From a bacterium (GTDB lineage Bacteria; Patescibacteriota; CPR2; UBA1875; CAIMLA01): a stretch of 64,000 nt of DNA. Positions within the stretch are counted from its first letter, which is position 1, and each line of letters begins with the position of its first letter. Made by a program: the position numbers and the translations under genes. Below the pieces are notes generated by a model, which was not told the origin of the DNA, did not search any database, and saw only the letters and a program-made list of their open reading frames with translations. Positions 38,127 through 47,596 of the stretch are shown here, one piece after another. The stretch is taken from the NCBI GenBank assembly GCA_037129835.1, contig JBAXUE010000001.1, positions 26,085 to 90,084 of the forward strand, read 5' to 3'.

Positions 38127-38617
38127 ATGCCTGAAGCAAAAAAATATGATCCACTAGTAGAAGCATCTAGAATAACAGATCCTAAGAATCCTGATTATGG
38201 TAGAACACGTATAGATAGTGCCGAAGGAGCTGATATCTCTCAAACAGCAGCTACTTATGAAGATAATGGAACGGCATCAAGTAGTGCTTATACTCAAGCG
38301 GTTTTTGAAAAAAAAATGACGCAAATAGATGAAACGTTAGGTGATCCTCGTTATTTTGATAATGAGGGACAGCGGGTAGCAAGGAATTCTGCACGCACTT
38401 TTGAGGCTGATGTAGAAGCAATAAAACCCCAGGCGAAGCCTTAACTACGCCAGCTTCAGTAATTGCCTTGATGGAAGGCAGTAAGAACGATGTTGAATGG
38501 AATGCTAACTGTGATAAAGTCAAGGCGGCAAACAACGGTGATTACCCTGATTTCTGGTTTAAAGAGATAATAATTAATAAGGTTTATGACAGAGCAGCCG
38601 AGGGCTGGAATAAGTAA
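38127..38617 (+). pseudogene. Frameshifted gene: 105-aa ORF followed in the -1 frame by a WNANCD-DYPxFW domain
   Basis: 38441-38617 encodes LTTPASVIALMEGSKNDVEWNANCDKVKAANNGDYPDFWFKEI, matching the C-terminus of 6096-6722. Confidence 0.65.
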
Positions 38618-38686
38618 ATAATAGTAATCATTTTTTTGCCCGAGCCACAAATAAGATTCAAAAAGAACCCCCTAAATGGGGTTCAT

Positions 38687-39205
38687 TTAATATTCCCCGC
38701 GAAATATATAACGGAGTAGCGCGTTTCTGGCTGATTCTCTTATAAATGGCTCCCTATATTGAATGATTTCAGCAAAATATTTCCAGCTTTTATCATCTGA
38801 AAGGTTTTTGTAATCATTTACGTGAAAGCCAACTCCATCATCCTCATGATCGTGCAAATATTTATGGAAGTATTTTGGTAACTCTAGAATAGACGATTGC
38901 TCTGAGTAGATATTGCCCGCCTGATCAATAATGGAGGTCACTCCGTGCATATAAAGTATTCCGTCTATCGGTTCATATCCAACCTCGATACCAAGGCCAA
39001 TATCCGAATCTTCACAAAGTTTCAGGGCATTTGTAGCTCTATTAATCGATCCCTGCTTCGTTTCCTTTTCGGTTCTGGGCTGGTGGGTAACACCAGAAGC
39101 TACGTCAAAAGAGGTAATGTCTGCCTTGATATCTGCTTCAAGTAAGATGCAATCAAGTATTCTGAGCTTCGCTTTCGATGTTGTTCCTACTGCTATTTTT
39201 ACCAT
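38687..39205 (-). CDS. Non-canonical purine NTP phosphatase (DUF84/YjjX-like)
   Basis: IAVGTTS..K, VASGV..QP, ETKQGSINRA, GLGIEVG. Confidence 0.85.
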   Translation of the reverse strand: MVKIAVGTTSKAKLRILDCILLEADIKADITSFDVASGVTHQPRTEKETKQGSINRATNALKLCEDSDIGLGIEVGYEPIDGILYMHGVTSIIDQAGNIYSEQSSILELPKYFHKYLHDHEDDGVGFHVNDYKNLSDDKSWKYFAEIIQYREPFIRESARNALLRYIFRGEY

Positions 39206-39234
39206 ATCTCGATTATATCATGTATTATGTCTAT

Positions 39235-40680
39235 ATGAAGGCAAAAATACTTGTAATATGGATGTTGGCATATGTCTTTGGGGTAATGATTGCCCCAACT
39301 ATAAATATTGAAAGTAATTTATTACTAGTAGCTGGTGGGTTGGTGTGTTTGTTCTCATTTTTATTAATACGAAGACCATATATATTTGGGGTTTTTTTTG
39401 GGCTAGGAATAATATTTCTAGCGATAGGGAACTTCGGATACCAAGCCGAAAAAATGATTTTAGCCAACGAGCAACTTTCTGGCAAAAAACTAAAAATGCA
39501 ACTTATGATAAACGATATCCCTCAGAGCACGCCTTATGGTTTCAAAGTCGGTGCTCGGATAAATAAAATTTCTGGCAATAATGTTTCGATGCCAGATTTA
39601 TTATTATATTTACCCGTCAGTTCTGAACTTAAATATGGTGAATTGGTTGCTGCCGAGGTGACTCCAAAGAAATTTGACGAAAAGACGCAGTGGGCCCTAA
39701 TTAAAAATAGATATTTCGCACAAGCAAGTGCGAAAAACATTAAAGTAGCAGGAGTGAGTACGGGCTGGAGCGATATATTTCGTGGATGGCTTCTTGGTTT
39801 AAGAATTAGTCTAAACACATCAATCGCCAGAGCCTTACCTGCGCCCGAAGCCGCCCTAGCCAGTGGTCTTATTCTTGGTGAAAAAGCGCTTATTTCTCCT
39901 GAGATGACTAGGCTCCTTCAGGCTAGCGGTACGACCCACATAATCGCTCTTTCAGGGTATAACATTACTATAATAATGGGCCTTTTTATATTTATGCGTC
40001 AAAGATTTTCTAGGCTCGTTAATCTACTTATCCCTGTTGGTGTTATTCTGCTTTTTACTATAATGACAGGTGCAGCTCCGAGTCTGGTCAGAGCGGCGCT
40101 CATGGGCTCACTTCCATTGCTTGGAAGATATCTAGGTCGTGAAAGTGATAATTTTATCGCGATACTTCTTTCTGCGGTAATTATGTCAGTGTTTAATCCC
40201 TTTTTACCAATATATGACGTTGGTTTTCAGCTATCTTTTGTTGCATTCATCGGGATTGCCTATATCGCACCAATACTCCAGGGCATCTTAGAAAGATCAA
40301 AAATATCTTTTTCCGGGATTTTGACAGAAACTATTGGCGCGCAGATAGCTACGATCCCACTACTTATGTACTATTTTGGAACTTTTTCTGTCGTCTCTCC
40401 TTTTGCGAATGTTGTAATTCTTACTCTAGTGCCTATAGGAATGTTGCTTTCATTTTTAGTTGGTTTAGCTGGAATGGTTTCATCGGCAACTGGGAATTTT
40501 CTTGCCGTCCCTACGTATATATTGCTACATTTTATTATTGAGTCAATCCGTTATTTTGGAAGTTTGCCTTGGGCATCTTGGAAAATCAAAATTGAAAATC
40601 CGATGTGGATCTTTATATTTTATTTAATCTTGTTTGACTTTTGGTTTATGCTAAATAAGTTTGTAAAGAAAGATCAGTAA
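39235..40680 (+). CDS. comEC: ComEC/Rec2 competence channel (membrane part)
   Basis: HIIALSGYN, PSLVRA, DVGFQLSF. Confidence 0.9.
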   Translation: MKAKILVIWMLAYVFGVMIAPTINIESNLLLVAGGLVCLFSFLLIRRPYIFGVFFGLGIIFLAIGNFGYQAEKMILANEQLSGKKLKMQLMINDIPQSTPYGFKVGARINKISGNNVSMPDLLLYLPVSSELKYGELVAAEVTPKKFDEKTQWALIKNRYFAQASAKNIKVAGVSTGWSDIFRGWLLGLRISLNTSIARALPAPEAALASGLILGEKALISPEMTRLLQASGTTHIIALSGYNITIIMGLFIFMRQRFSRLVNLLIPVGVILLFTIMTGAAPSLVRAALMGSLPLLGRYLGRESDNFIAILLSAVIMSVFNPFLPIYDVGFQLSFVAFIGIAYIAPILQGILERSKISFSGILTETIGAQIATIPLLMYYFGTFSVVSPFANVVILTLVPIGMLLSFLVGLAGMVSSATGNFLAVPTYILLHFIIESIRYFGSLPWASWKIKIENPMWIFIFYLILFDFWFMLNKFVKKDQ

Positions 40681-40682
40681 AA

Positions 40683-42746
40683 TTATTTTACTTTATATAT
40701 TGAGACTTGTTCATTACGATAAACCTTTTTAAGCATATGGGGGATTGCCCATCCCTGAATTTCACCATATTTTATCTTTTCCAGTTCGCCGTAATAAATA
40801 AAATTGATTTTATATTTATTTATAATAATATTTGCTGTATCTATTTCGTTCGTTTTGTAAAGTGTGTCTATATCTTTCTTGATTATGTTGAGATCGTCTA
40901 CATTCTTTCTCCAGCCCCATTCATGTCCGAACCAACCAAGTGGCGTTGCATTGCCAGTAAAAACACTTATCCTTGAGCCGTCTGTATAGCTTTCACCGAC
41001 AGTTTCTACGATTATTTTTTCACCCAAAATGTTTTTATTAATCCAAAGAATGGCTTGATAATCAAATGAATATTTACTCGCAATATATCCAGACCCATCC
41101 AGACCCATTTGTTTAGAAAAGCTATTAGCGGAGTCATAAACAGACTTGGGAAGATAGGCAGAACTAATTAGCAAGAAAGTTATTCCGAATAAATAGAATA
41201 CATATTTAATATTATCCTTAACGGTCGTGAAGTAGTAGAAAATATACCCAGAAATAATGGCGAATAAAACCCATACTTGATAATGAAATTTGAAAACCGT
41301 ATTCGCTCTCTGAAAGTCTATGCCGTAAATATCTTTTAGGAAAAAGTACTCGCAAAAAATAATTATGACAAATACCGCGAGAATTAGTATATTTATAAAT
41401 TGTTTGTTCGTTAAATGTGTATCTTTTCTTATATCGTTTATCGTAACCATAAGCCAAAGAGGAATTAAAAACAAAATAAGCGCTGATACTTGGCTGAACC
41501 CGTATATTAGAAATGCCAAGAAAAAAGAAATGGTTATGATGGTTATTTTATACTTACTTTTTGTTTTAATAAATCTATATAATATATAAAACGATATAAC
41601 AAAAACTTGTAGTAAGTATAGGGTTAGAAAGTCAGTTAAAAGACTTTTGGGGGCAGTTACAAACTGGAATCCTTCAGATGCAGGCTTAAAGGTGAGATAG
41701 AAAGGTAAAAGAACTACCAGACTGGTAACACCAATAATAAGGCCATCTTTTATAAGCTGCCCATAGTTTTTCTTTACAATTATATTTTTATAAACGGTTA
41801 GGGCGGCGAAAATAAGGGCGTAGATAAGATAGTCCCAACTATTTGTAATAAAGAGTATTCCCAAGATAAAGCCAATAAATATATTAAAAAGGTTGTCGCT
41901 ATCTTTATTAATAAAAAATGTATAAAAAGATATTATTACAAGCAGGACAAACGGTAAATCTAAGTAGTGGGCATGCAAATCACCGAGTAGAAAACTATAT
42001 AAGGGAAATTCATTTATTGTACCCGGAATTATCCTAGTTCCTGCCCACCAGTACGTATCAATTTTTTTGTACAGGAAAATTAGATAACTAATGTTGCTCA
42101 TACCCGCGGCGATAAAGGCAGTCACAAAAGCCCATAAATATTTTTTTGTGAGGTTATAACCTATGGAAAATATTGATACTATAAATAGAGTGTAGTTTGT
42201 TGCCTGCATGAGGTTGTAGGAAATAATCGATTTAATACCAGTTACTTTTGTCAGAACAGCAGTTACTAAATGTCCAAAATAATAGTAATTCATGCTGTGG
42301 CCAGAAAGCCAAGGATCTACAGAAGGAAAATAACTCGTTTTCAGGAGAGTATTTAGAAAAGCGAAATCCATAAATTTTTCAATGTCGCTAATTTCAGATC
42401 GATATAATTTGTAAATAATTAGTGCTGAGAAAATAACTAAAAATATTATTTCGTATGTTATGGCTTTTTGGATAAATGGTTTATTAAAAGAAGGTTTTGT
42501 TTTTAATAAGAAGAATGAAGATATCCCAATAAGAATACAAAATGATAAAATGATAGAGAAAATATTGAAGGGGAGTATTCTCAAAATACCTAAGATCCAA
42601 ACTAAATAGGAAATAATGGCTAGTCCTATTGCGCGATAAAATGGGTAGGCAAAGTCATCTAAGTTTTTAAATAAATATTGCCCAATCGGAATGCTTATAA
42701 TCCCGATAATAAATAATGCTAAATACCAAATTGTTATATCCCACAT
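40683..42746 (-). CDS. DUF2298 (YYY) membrane protein, putative GT-C-like glycosyltransferase
   Basis: EKFMD, DPWLSG..MNYYYFGH, INEFP...GDLHAH, NTVFK. Confidence 0.85.
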   Translation of the reverse strand: MWDITIWYLALFIIGIISIPIGQYLFKNLDDFAYPFYRAIGLAIISYLVWILGILRILPFNIFSIILSFCILIGISSFFLLKTKPSFNKPFIQKAITYEIIFLVIFSALIIYKLYRSEISDIEKFMDFAFLNTLLKTSYFPSVDPWLSGHSMNYYYFGHLVTAVLTKVTGIKSIISYNLMQATNYTLFIVSIFSIGYNLTKKYLWAFVTAFIAAGMSNISYLIFLYKKIDTYWWAGTRIIPGTINEFPLYSFLLGDLHAHYLDLPFVLLVIISFYTFFINKDSDNLFNIFIGFILGILFITNSWDYLIYALIFAALTVYKNIIVKKNYGQLIKDGLIIGVTSLVVLLPFYLTFKPASEGFQFVTAPKSLLTDFLTLYLLQVFVISFYILYRFIKTKSKYKITIITISFFLAFLIYGFSQVSALILFLIPLWLMVTINDIRKDTHLTNKQFINILILAVFVIIIFCEYFFLKDIYGIDFQRANTVFKFHYQVWVLFAIISGYIFYYFTTVKDNIKYVFYLFGITFLLISSAYLPKSVYDSANSFSKQMGLDGSGYIASKYSFDYQAILWINKNILGEKIIVETVGESYTDGSRISVFTGNATPLGWFGHEWGWRKNVDDLNIIKKDIDTLYKTNEIDTANIIINKYKINFIYYGELEKIKYGEIQGWAIPHMLKKVYRNEQVSIYKVK

Positions 42747-42829
42747 GAGGAAATTATAGCACAACAATATTTGCACACAGAAGAAATAATTTAATAGTAG
42801 TGTTGCGCAGATTATTTTATAATTTGTTT

Positions 42830-43705
42830 ATGGATAAAAGTGGCAAGAAATTTTTCGCTTCAACTCTGAACTTATTTATTTTGCTTAGTATCGTTTTCGC
42901 GCTAATTTATTATATATCATCTGACCGGACTGATAGCGGCGGAATAAATATTCATTTTCTTAGTGTGGGACAGGGGGATGCCGAGCTAATACAAGACACA
43001 GCGGGCAAAAACATTCTAATCGATGGCGGCCCGGATAGTACTGTAGTGGGAGAGCTAGAGAAATACACGAAATTTTATCAACGGAAAATAGATGTCATAA
43101 TATTGACACATCCACACGCAGATCATGTAAATGGACTTGTTGATGTGGTCGAGAAATATCAGGTTGGACACGTGTACTTAACTGGTGTTTTGCACACAGC
43201 GCCGGAGTATATAAAGTTTCTATCGCTCTTAAAAGAAAAAAATATCCCAACCACGGATATTATGGCTGGAGATTCATTGTCACTTTCTGATGGTGCTACT
43301 TTAAAATTTCTATATCCAAATACAAAATTAGTTGGATCAAAGGTGGATAATCTAAATAGCACATCAGTTGTAGCTAAGATTATATATGGTGATAAATCGG
43401 CTATATTTATGGGGGATCTTGAAGATGAGGGGCAAATAGAGCTTATGAAATTATCGCAAGATTTGACAGCAGATATATTGAAAGTTTCTCATCATGGCAG
43501 TAAATATGCGTCGAATATAAATTTCTTAAAAATAGTAAATCCGAAAGTAGCGATAATCGAGGTGGGCAAAAATAATCAATTTGGGCACCCGCATTCAACT
43601 ACGATTTCTAATCTAAATTCTTTGGGGGTTCAGCTATATCGTACAGATATAGATAGTGATGTAAATATACAAATGACAAAAACTGATATAAAAGTTATGA
43701 AGTAG
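42830..43705 (+). CDS. ComEC-type metallo-beta-lactamase domain protein
   Basis: VGQGD, LIDGG, THPHADH, GD, KVSHHGS, GHPH. Confidence 0.9.
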   Translation: MDKSGKKFFASTLNLFILLSIVFALIYYISSDRTDSGGINIHFLSVGQGDAELIQDTAGKNILIDGGPDSTVVGELEKYTKFYQRKIDVIILTHPHADHVNGLVDVVEKYQVGHVYLTGVLHTAPEYIKFLSLLKEKNIPTTDIMAGDSLSLSDGATLKFLYPNTKLVGSKVDNLNSTSVVAKIIYGDKSAIFMGDLEDEGQIELMKLSQDLTADILKVSHHGSKYASNINFLKIVNPKVAIIEVGKNNQFGHPHSTTISNLNSLGVQLYRTDIDSDVNIQMTKTDIKVMK

Positions 43706-43742
43706 TCTTGACCTGGCGGTAACAATTTATTATAATAATCGC

Positions 43743-43847
43743 ATGTTAGCTATTTTTACAACATTTATCCTCGTCCTCGTACTAGTTCTAGCTATTATCG
43801 GTAGCTATAATGAGGTTGTGTGTGAAGAAGTTAAAATAGATGAATAG
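43743..43847 (+). CDS. 34-aa single-TM small protein (not in ORF track)
   Basis: TATAAT-N6-ATG; MLAIFTTFILVLVLVLAIIGSYNEVVCEEVKIDE; terminator hairpin follows at about 43872-43903. Confidence 0.55.
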   Translation: MLAIFTTFILVLVLVLAIIGSYNEVVCEEVKIDE

Positions 43848-43984
43848 ATAAAATATAAAATTTCACAAATATAAAGCCTCACTATTATAAAGTGAGGCTT
43901 TTTGCAACGTCCTGGAGAGGCCAAACCCTCTCCAGGACGACCAAAATTCGGCAGAATGCCGAGCACCTATAGAGGGGAGAGAGC

Positions 43985-44383
43985 ATGCTAGGGGATATCC
44001 ATATTGCAGTTCGTTCCACCGCGACACAAAAACAGGTCGAGAAAGTTGTCCAGTCTGTAATCGGAAGTTCTATTCCGTTCTCGTTGCTTATACGAGATCA
44101 GATACTGAGTATTAACCTTCCGACTATAGACCAAACATCGCAAAATGATCTCAGGGCCAAGCTTCAATCGTTTCGCCGTCCAATGTACGAGACAATCGTT
44201 CCTGTGAGAGGGATACCGAGCGCTCGGATTATTATGGAAGGCGTTATCGACGAGGCTCCTATCGAGATGGAGAAGCAAGGTGATACCCTTTGGCTCGGGT
44301 GTGACGATCGTCACATTTTGGGCAGGGTTGTCGATGAGTTTTGCTCTCAGACTGGTCTTTACGGTCATAATCCACCGAACTAG
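43985..44383 (+). CDS. Hypothetical protein, GC-rich, with structured leader
   Basis: SD GAGGGGAG; preceded by a 13-bp hairpin at 43908-43939. Confidence 0.65.
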   Translation: MLGDIHIAVRSTATQKQVEKVVQSVIGSSIPFSLLIRDQILSINLPTIDQTSQNDLRAKLQSFRRPMYETIVPVRGIPSARIIMEGVIDEAPIEMEKQGDTLWLGCDDRHILGRVVDEFCSQTGLYGHNPPN

Positions 44384-44404
44384 GTGGTATTCTTCCCCGC
44401 AAAA

Positions 44405-44568
44405 GGCGCACCACCCCAACATCCTGTGATGGTCAAGTATTCTTATAAGGAATACAAAGACATCGCACAGCTTCAATTCACAATACGGAAGAGTGGTATC
44501 CCGACTAAGTCGGACCTCACTCGAAATACACCGGTGAATTGAAACTAATGGAAACGGGGCGGTGCGCC
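44405..44568. ncRNA. Candidate three-way-junction structured RNA
   Basis: Closing helix GGCGCACC-A-CCCC/GGGG-C-GGTGCGCC enclosing two compound hairpins. Confidence 0.45.
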
Positions 44569-44618
44569 GCTCGCATATTTGTGGTAAAATTAACTCGAAA
44601 TATAATCCAGGAGATATC

Positions 44619-45371
44619 ATGTCGGGACACTCAAAATGGGCCAGTATCAAACACAAAAAAGCTATCACTGATTCTAAAAAAGGTAAGGAGTTTACCAAGG
44701 CAGCAGCAAATATCACAATTGCCGCCAAGCAAGGCGGCGGTGATGCTAAAATGAACTTTTCTTTACGTCTAGCAATAGATAAGGCCAAATCCGTTAACAT
44801 GCCGTCATCTAACATTGAAAGAGCAATTAAAAAAGGAACAGGAGAACTCGGAGGAGCAGCTCCTGAGGAGCTTTTATACGAAGGATATGCGATAGCTGGG
44901 GTAGCGATTTTGGTAGAAACATTGACTGACAATCGCAATAGAACAGGGCCAGAAATAAAGGCAATATTTTCGAAAAATGGTGGCAGCTTGGCCGAAACTG
45001 GCTCGGTGGCATACCTATTTGATAAAAAAGGCGAGATTATTATTGTAAACAAAAATCAAAAAATCGGAAAAGAAGATCTGGAGATGATAATTATCGATTC
45101 CGGAGCCGATGATTTTGAAGAAAACGAAGAAGTCGCTGTTGTATATACAAAAAGTAATGAATTGCAAAAAGTGAAAGCAGCGCTTGAAGCCTCTGAAATC
45201 AAAATTGAAGACGCAGAGCTAGTGTACAAGCCAAAAACAGGGGTTAAAATAGATGATCTGGAAGTTGCTAGGAAAATATTACATCTTACAGACGCCCTCG
45301 AAGAGAATGAAGATGTAACGAGCGTATACTCAAACTACGATATCGAAGATAGTATATTGGAAAAACTTTAG
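44619..45371 (+). CDS. yebC: YebC/PmpR family protein
   Basis: MSGHSKWASIKHKK, YEGY, TDNRNRT. Confidence 0.95.
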   Translation: MSGHSKWASIKHKKAITDSKKGKEFTKAAANITIAAKQGGGDAKMNFSLRLAIDKAKSVNMPSSNIERAIKKGTGELGGAAPEELLYEGYAIAGVAILVETLTDNRNRTGPEIKAIFSKNGGSLAETGSVAYLFDKKGEIIIVNKNQKIGKEDLEMIIIDSGADDFEENEEVAVVYTKSNELQKVKAALEASEIKIEDAELVYKPKTGVKIDDLEVARKILHLTDALEENEDVTSVYSNYDIEDSILEKL

Positions 45372-45791
45372 ATGACCGGGGCAACACATACAGCAGTTGG
45401 GGGAGCGGTAGGAATGTTTATTCCCAACCCCTTTTTGGCTTTTTTCGCTGGCGTTCTCTCTCATTTTTTAATAGACAAGATACCACATTTTTGGCCAAGT
45501 ACTATAAAACGACAAAATCTAATGATTATTGCTGACGGGGTCTTGTCTGCTAGCCTACTAGTTTTATTTTTTTTTACACCGTTAGTAAATAAAGAATCCA
45601 TCTTGGCCGGCGCTTTTGGGGGTATGTTAGTAGATCTTATTTTGGTTATTGCACCGAAATTTATTAAAGTATTTAATAAAAGCCTGATTCGCGTCTGGCA
45701 TGAAGAAAGACAAACTCACTTTCATAATTTTTCTTTGGCGCTAGTTGATGGATTTATGGTTATTATCGCCTTGGGAGTAATATATTTATGA
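45372..45791 (+). CDS. Putative membrane metal-dependent hydrolase
   Basis: THTAVG and SHFLIDKIPH. Confidence 0.65.
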   Translation: MTGATHTAVGGAVGMFIPNPFLAFFAGVLSHFLIDKIPHFWPSTIKRQNLMIIADGVLSASLLVLFFFTPLVNKESILAGAFGGMLVDLILVIAPKFIKVFNKSLIRVWHEERQTHFHNFSLALVDGFMVIIALGVIYL

Positions 45792-46270
45792 TCATTTTAG
45801 GAGTAGACCCCGGTACAGCAACCACTGGCTATGGGATTATTGAAGAAAAGGCTGGCAAAATAAAGCTTGTTGATTATGGTGTGATTATTACAGAGCCAAA
45901 GCAACCTTTAGAGGCGCGACTTGAAATCATTTATGATCAGCTTGGTGACATTATCGATGAATATGATCCGGAAGAAATAGCCGTAGAAGAGCTTTTTTTT
46001 AGCACTAATGTCAAAACGGCTATGGCTGTCGGGCAGGCTAGAGGAGTTATTTTGCTAGCAGCGAAGAAATCAGGAGCGTTAATTTCCGAATATACACCCA
46101 ATCAGGTAAAAAATGGTATTTGCGGTTATGGCGGTGCTGATAAAAAACAGGTTCAAAAAATGGTTCAAATGATTCTTAAGTTGGACGAAATACCACAACC
46201 AGACGATGCGGCCGATGCTTTAGCTATCGCAATATGCCACAGCAGTAGTCGGAAATATATTAATTTATAA
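45788..46270 (+). CDS. ruvC: Holliday junction resolvase RuvC
   Basis: ILGVDPG, AVEELF, PDDAADALAIA. Confidence 0.96.
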   Translation: MIILGVDPGTATTGYGIIEEKAGKIKLVDYGVIITEPKQPLEARLEIIYDQLGDIIDEYDPEEIAVEELFFSTNVKTAMAVGQARGVILLAAKKSGALISEYTPNQVKNGICGYGGADKKQVQKMVQMILKLDEIPQPDDAADALAIAICHSSSRKYINL

Positions 46271-46350
46271 ACAAGGTTCTCTTCCCAATACAGTCTATAT
46301 GTGCTAAAATTCCACCGAAATGAAACTTCGACCCCGAGGGGTGTATTTCT

Positions 46351-46935
46351 ATGAACACAAAAGAATCGTCTAGTAATGAACAGCCGAACTTCGCTTGGAA
46401 AGTGGCACGTGTATGGATTTGGTTTATGACTCACGTATTCTGGACGGTCCAGGTAGACGGGAGCTTGCACTTGCCAAAAACTGGCGGCTATATCCTCTGC
46501 CCCAATCACGTCAGTGATATGGACCCGCCGCTTATCGCGTATTATCTCTATCCCAGACCCGTTCACTATTGGGCTAAGATAGAGCTAAGTTCTGTGCCAA
46601 TACTCGGCTGGGTGATAAAGCATCTGTACGCGATACCAATCCGAAGAGGCAAAGCCGACCGCGTAGCTATAAAGGCTGCAATCAATGTACTTTCCTCCGG
46701 GGGTATACTGGGAGCCTTCCCCGAAGGTACTCGCAAAAAGAACACTACGGCCGACAGTGAGCTAAAGAAGGGCGCAGCTTTCATTGCCAAAAAGGCGCAG
46801 GTACCGCTAGTACCGTGTTGGATTAGTTGGAAAAAGAAACGTGTAATCATTCGTTTTGGCCAGCCCATAACATCAGAAGGCACGGTGGACGAACTAACCG
46901 CAAAGCTTGAGTCAGCTATAAAAAGGCTCCATTAG
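46351..46935 (+). CDS. plsC: 1-acyl-sn-glycerol-3-phosphate acyltransferase (PlsC family)
   Basis: NHVSDMD (NHx4D), FPEGTR, KKGAA. Confidence 0.88.
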   Translation: MNTKESSSNEQPNFAWKVARVWIWFMTHVFWTVQVDGSLHLPKTGGYILCPNHVSDMDPPLIAYYLYPRPVHYWAKIELSSVPILGWVIKHLYAIPIRRGKADRVAIKAAINVLSSGGILGAFPEGTRKKNTTADSELKKGAAFIAKKAQVPLVPCWISWKKKRVIIRFGQPITSEGTVDELTAKLESAIKRLH

Positions 46936-47020
46936 CCCCCATAGGATGACGGCCCCCGCCTCCTAGGGGGCTTCATCTTGTCTACTTGTTTAATGTGTCT
47001 AAAAATCTTAAAATAAATTT

Positions 47021-47596
47021 ATGATTGCTTTTCTTGAGGGTAAAATAGAATTATTAAGGCCGGGCTGGATTATCTTGAACGTTAACCACGTTGGCTATAA
47101 GGTGTCTGTCGGGCCAGATTTTATTAGCCATTTACATGAGGGACAAGAAGCTCAGATGTATATTTACACTCAAGTCAGAGAAGATATTAGTGCTCTTTTT
47201 GGCTTTGAAACTATAGAAGGGTTAGATTTTTTCGAGTTATTGATTTCTGTTTCTGGGATTGGCCCCAAAGCAGCTATGGGAATATTGTCTGCAGCTTCTG
47301 TAGAGAAGATAAGAGCAAGTATTGTCAGCCAGGATCCAACACTTCTTTCCAGCGTTTCTGGCGTGGGTAAGAAAACAGCCGAGAAGGTAGTTCTGGAATT
47401 AAAAAACAAAGTTGGCTCCAAGGCAAGTATCTTTGATATCGCAACGACAGAAAAAGTAGAAGAAGTATATATGGCGCTTGTGAACCTCGGCTTTAAACCG
47501 ATGGAGGCTAGGGAGGCAATATCAGATATGCCCGATGACTGTATTACTGCGGAGAGCCAACTAAAATATTGCTTAGGTGTGTTGAAAAAGCGATGA
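47021..47596 (+). CDS. ruvA: Holliday junction binding protein RuvA
   Basis: [23 protein letters not shown]. Confidence 0.95.
   Translation: MIAFLEGKIELLRPGWIILNVNHVGYKVSVGPDFISHLHEGQEAQMYIYTQVREDISALFGFETIEGLDFFELLISVSGIGPKAAMGILSAASVEKIRASIVSQDPTLLSSVSGVGKKTAEKVVLELKNKVGSKASIFDIATTEKVEEVYMALVNLGFKPMEAREAISDMPDDCITAESQLKYCLGVLKKR

Noticed and set aside
38308-38316. A9 tract as the slippage site joining 38127 to the downstream domain
   Set aside because: The -1 frame hits TGA a few codons later, so the shift must lie after 38410
43988-45052. 354-aa minus-strand ORF
   Set aside because: Antisense shadow of yebC and the 43985 gene, with no motifs
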